A stretch of DNA of 64,000 nucleotides. Origin: Bryobacterales bacterium (GTDB taxonomy: Bacteria > Acidobacteriota > Terriglobia > Bryobacterales > UBA6623). Positions 60,410 to 64,000 of this stretch are shown here, one piece after another (the first letter of the stretch is position 1; each line of letters opens with the position of its first letter). The DNA lies in assembly GCA_963422375.2 (NCBI GenBank), contig CAXXKD010000001.1:192001-256000 (forward strand). Reading direction: 5' to 3'. The notes under the pieces are model-generated. The model was given only the letters and a program-made list of their open reading frames with translations, ran no database searches and was not told the DNA's origin. A program made the position numbers and the translations under genes.

Positions 60410-61111
60410 CTAGCTTGTGCCGCAGCTTTCCGGGAGGGCCGGATTGATTTTCCGAAGTCCTGCGCAGGCCTCTCTAGCCCCGTCGGAATTCCCGGAGGAC
60501 TCAAGTAGTAGGATGAGCGGCTCGTAGGGGCTGACGAACCACGGGTCCGTGCGCACCGCTTCCCGAAATGCCTCGACCGCGCCTGCCGGATCGCCCAAGG
60601 CCAGCCGCAACCGCCCGATCTCGAACCACGCACACGCGAACCAAGGAGCCACACGAACAGCGGACGCTAGGTGCTGTAGCGCCAACTGCGGGTCGGTGCC
60701 CGCGCCTTCTTCGAGTGCGCGGACTGCCGAATGGAAGCTGCGCACCGCCGGCTCCGGGACCGACAGGTGCGACGCGCTCATGCTCTCACCCTGGCCCTTT
60801 CCGAGGCGGTACAGCACCAGGGCGGGAATACGGGGATCCGCTGGTAGCGCCCCGGAAGGGACCTCGGCCCGCCGGTACCCGGGCGCGGAGACGCTGAACG
60901 AGCAATCCGCCGGAACGGGGAGGTCCTTGAATTCAAACCAGCCCCCCTCCGCGAAGCTGCTCGAAGCCGACCAATCGGGCTGACAACGCAGATCCGCGCG
61001 CGACGATGCGGGGAGGGGAAGCCCGTCGTCCGTAAGAATCCGGCCTTGCAGGGAAGCTGCCTCCAACGGGCCGATGGCCAGGACCAAGGCGGCGGCGAGT
61101 CGGAGGTCCAT
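60410..61111 (-). CDS. Secreted protein, small beta domain plus TPR
   Basis: Signal MDLRLAAALVLA; VSAPGY; AWFEIGRL..A...FREAV..DP. Confidence 0.75.
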   Translation of the reverse strand: MDLRLAAALVLAIGPLEAASLQGRILTDDGLPLPASSRADLRCQPDWSASSSFAEGGWFEFKDLPVPADCSFSVSAPGYRRAEVPSGALPADPRIPALVLYRLGKGQGESMSASHLSVPEPAVRSFHSAVRALEEGAGTDPQLALQHLASAVRVAPWFACAWFEIGRLRLALGDPAGAVEAFREAVRTDPWFVSPYEPLILLLESSGNSDGAREACAGLRKINPALPESCGTS

Positions 61112-61136
61112 TTCGCCTCATCATACTGGTGAGTGA

Positions 61137-62840
61137 GTGTCGCTACTTCGGGCAGCAGCATCCATCGTGGCGCTCGCCGTCGCGCTGCCGTCCATGGCTC
61201 AGCGCTTCGAAGACGTGACGCCGGTGTCCGGAATCGCCTTTAGGCACGATCCCTCGAAGACGCCGCGCAAGTACCTGCCCGAGACGATGGGCGGCGGAGT
61301 CGCGGTCCTTGACGCCGACCTGGACGGGCGCATGGACGTGTTCTTCGTCAATGGGGCGAGGCTCGAATTCCCACATCCACAAGGGAAGGAGCCGGACAAG
61401 TCCGAGGCGCGCTTCTGGAATCGGCTCTACCTGAACCGGGGAGGCCTGCGCTTTCGGGATGCCACCGTCGAGTTCGGCTTGCAGGGACGAGGGTACGGAA
61501 TGGGTGCGGCCGTCGGGGACTACGACAACGACGGGGACGCTGACCTGTTGATCACGAACGCGGCAACCGGTGACGTGCCAGCCGCCGTGCTCTACCGGAA
61601 CGACGCCGGCCGGGCATTCGCGGACGTGACGTCGGAAGCGGGCATCCGCGCCCGAGGGTGGGCGACCAGCGCGGGATTCTTCGATGCGGACAGAGACGGG
61701 GATCTCGACCTGCTGATTCTGCGCTACATGCGCTGGCGCTTCGACATCGATCACCGCTGCGGAATGGAGGCCAGCTACGGTCGGTCCTACTGCCACCCGG
61801 ACCTGTTCCCGGCGGAATCGAACGTCTTCTACCGCAACAACGGAGATGGAACCTTCTCCGACGCGAGCGCCGAGTCTGGTTTCGGGGCCCACCGCGGCAA
61901 GGGCTTGGGCCTGGCATTCGCGGACTACGACCTCGACGGCTGGACCGATGTGGCGGTCGCCAACGACTCCTATCCTCAGTTCCTCTTCCGGAACGGCGGA
62001 GACGGCACCTTTGCCGAGGTCGCCTTGGTCGCGGGCACTGCCCTCGACGACCACGGGGCCGAGTTCGCGGGAATGGGCATTGTCTTCGATGACCTGGACG
62101 GCGACGGCCCACCTGATCTCCTCGTGACTACGCTCTCGCAGGAGCGGTACGCCCTGTTCTACAACTCGGGCAACGGCATGTTCGATTACTCGACCGACCG
62201 CTCGGGCCTCGGAGTCGCGACCCAGCTCTTCGCGGGCTGGGGAGTCGCCTTGCTAGACGTTGACTCTGACGGCTCGCGGGAGGTCTTCTTCGCCAACGGA
62301 CACGTCATGGACAACATCGAGCAGTCCCAGCCGCACGTGAGCTACCGGCAGCCCCCTCTTTTGTTCCGGCAAGAAGGCCGCAGGATGACCGATGTGACCG
62401 GGATCGCCGGAACCGTATTCCAGCGACAGTGGGCGGGCCGCGGCGCGGCTGTAGCGGACCTAGACGGCGATGGCAGGGAAGATCTCGTAGTGTCGAATCT
62501 GGGCGGCCGCCCGTACGTCGCCCGCAGCGCGTCCGAGACGGGCAACCGCTGGATCGGAATCCGCCTGCTCGGGTGCGAGAGCAACCGCGACGGAATCGGC
62601 GCGGTCCTCTCCTTGAAGCGCCCGTCCGGGGCTAGGCAGCATGCCACCGTGACGCGCAGCGGCAGCTACCTGTCGGCGCGGGACCCGCGCGTATTCCTCG
62701 GTGCAGGCCAGGACGCGGAAGGCATGGGCCTGACGGTCCGGTGGCCGAGCGGGGGGAGTTCCACTCTCCAGGAGGTCCCGACCGAAACGGTGACGGAGGT
62801 CACTGAGAGCGAAGGGTGCGAATCGTCCCGTCTCTTGTGA
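61137..62840 (+). CDS. CRTAC1-family protein (FG-GAP/VCBS repeats plus ASPIC/UnbV domain)
   Basis: ETMGGG, repeated DxDxDG..D motifs, RGAAVADLDGDG, SNRDGIGA, SYLS, VRWPSG. Confidence 0.93.
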   Translation: MSLLRAAASIVALAVALPSMAQRFEDVTPVSGIAFRHDPSKTPRKYLPETMGGGVAVLDADLDGRMDVFFVNGARLEFPHPQGKEPDKSEARFWNRLYLNRGGLRFRDATVEFGLQGRGYGMGAAVGDYDNDGDADLLITNAATGDVPAAVLYRNDAGRAFADVTSEAGIRARGWATSAGFFDADRDGDLDLLILRYMRWRFDIDHRCGMEASYGRSYCHPDLFPAESNVFYRNNGDGTFSDASAESGFGAHRGKGLGLAFADYDLDGWTDVAVANDSYPQFLFRNGGDGTFAEVALVAGTALDDHGAEFAGMGIVFDDLDGDGPPDLLVTTLSQERYALFYNSGNGMFDYSTDRSGLGVATQLFAGWGVALLDVDSDGSREVFFANGHVMDNIEQSQPHVSYRQPPLLFRQEGRRMTDVTGIAGTVFQRQWAGRGAAVADLDGDGREDLVVSNLGGRPYVARSASETGNRWIGIRLLGCESNRDGIGAVLSLKRPSGARQHATVTRSGSYLSARDPRVFLGAGQDAEGMGLTVRWPSGGSSTLQEVPTETVTEVTESEGCESSRLL

Positions 62841-62853
62841 GCCGCCACCAAGC

Positions 62854-62879
62854 CCAGCTAGGCATCCGGCCCTAGCTGG
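62854..62879. terminator. Hairpin after the CRTAC1 gene
   Basis: CCAGCTAGG-8nt-CCTAGCTGG; weak T tract. Confidence 0.45.
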
Positions 62880-63394
62880 ATTGCTTGAAACGCGGAATGC
62901 AGCAGCCTGGCGGCCAGTCTGCACCGAGAAGGCTCGCCCGGTGCCGCCGAGCGTTCCGGTCCTGCCAACGCCGCCGCAAGTGCTCCGCTCCCTTGTTCCG
63001 CCCAAGGGGCACGGCAACCATCGGCTGCGGCCCGCAGGCCGGGTCCAAGCCGATTGGTCATCCCTTGGGAGCGTGCTACACTCCCTTCATGGAGCGACTC
63101 TAGGGTTCCTGATTCAACAAGGCTTGGCCGTCCATTCTCACACGTGACTCGCGAACCCGCAAACCAATGCCACGGTCCCACGGGCTTCGACTGGAATGCT
63201 GCAACTGCGGCGTGGCCGGCTTGTTGAGTGGCTCGAATCGATTCGGGGTACTTCGGCACCTGATGAGAGTGCATCGACTCAGCGTGATCCCTACTCTCCC
63301 CGAACGGGAGTCAGACGGCGAACGAATCTCTTGCATATAATGAAGAGAATTGTGACCTGTTGAGGCGATCCTCTTGTCACTCCGGAAGTGCTCA

Positions 63395-63916
63395 ATGAAG
63401 AACCAAGTCGTTTCCAAGATAGTTCTGAAACGCTTTCGAAGTATCCCTGCAGCTAGTGTCACACTTGACAATCCAACGTTTCTAGTTGGCCAGAATGGGG
63501 CAGGAAAAAGCAACATTGTTGATACGTTCAGATTTCTGTCGGACGCAATGTCCCAACCATTAAGTGCCGCGATTAGTTGACGTGGAGGGGTTTCTGTTGT
63601 GTGCAATCGACGATCTGAGAATGATCGACCGACCGGATTTGGGATCAAGGCGATAGTAGAGAATCTGGATGATGAATGCGCTCGAGGAGAATTCGCATTC
63701 GAAGTCGATGTTCTTGAGAACCATGAATTCAATGTCTTGCGTGAACAGTGCATTGTTCATCGGAGAAATGGTCACATCGATTGGTTTGACCGCTGTCATC
63801 ATGCAGGATTCAGGAGCAGCATCAAATCCCTCAATCCTGCCTTGGAGTCAAGCGCTCTTTCTCTTCCGCTGGTTGGAGGGCACAGAGAGTTCCATTGTGT
63901 TCAACGCTTCCTATAA
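63395..63916 (+). pseudogene. ABC-type/AAA_21 ATPase (COG4637-like) with nonsense codon, truncated by an IS
   Basis: LKRFRSI..FLVGQNGAGKSNIVD.FRFL; TGA at 63578-63580, same frame continues; lower GC than the surroundings. Confidence 0.8.
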
Positions 63917-63920
63917 AAAA

Positions 63921-64000
63921 CCTGATTACCCACAAGACTCAGCCAAGGTTAGGAGGCGGTAAGGCCTGGGCGGGGTGCGCACGGAGGCGTGGAGCAGGCG
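63921..64000 (-). mobile_element. Right end of another ISSod11-like IS1595 copy, inverted
   Basis: CCTGATTACCCACAAGACTCAGCCAAGG.. is the reverse complement of about 59330-59405. Confidence 0.92.

Noticed and set aside
112..63580. Stop-codon reassignment or selenocysteine suggested by in-frame TAG/TGA
   Set aside because: In-frame stops occur only in decayed genes; TAG and TGA both end conserved genes at the expected positions (nrdR, bfr, pyrF, coxS).

Overview
A high-GC bacterial chromosomal segment. The gene repertoire (TonB receptor ending QFGLKWIF, CRTAC1/ASPIC and TPR proteins, sulfatases, cytochrome c plus PQQ dehydrogenase) suggests Acidobacteriota, possibly a host-associated marine lineage; this is inference only. 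It carries housekeeping and metabolic genes (pyrF, nrdR, speA, rhaA, bfr-like), secreted hydrolases, a form II coxSLM-DEG molybdenum hydroxylase cluster, a probable cis-3-hydroxyproline catabolic set, an AAA-ATPase/PD-(D/E)XK protein and a Phd/VapC toxin-antitoxin pair. Many insertion sequences are present (IS30, two IS1595 lineages, IS1634, one complete ISNCY-type element with a 6-bp TSD, and its MITE derivatives). Main observations: (1) decaying IS genes show a strong excess of A:T->G:C substitutions plus short-repeat deletions; (2) an ISNCY/MITE family with clear TSDs and nested IS pile-ups; (3) a bacterioferritin that keeps the heme Met but has lost its ferroxidase centre; (4) a PQQ dehydrogenase with the lanthanide-type D-x-D motif coupled to a diheme cytochrome c. 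I saw no rRNA, tRNA or CRISPR array. All family assignments come from motif recognition by eye, not database searches.
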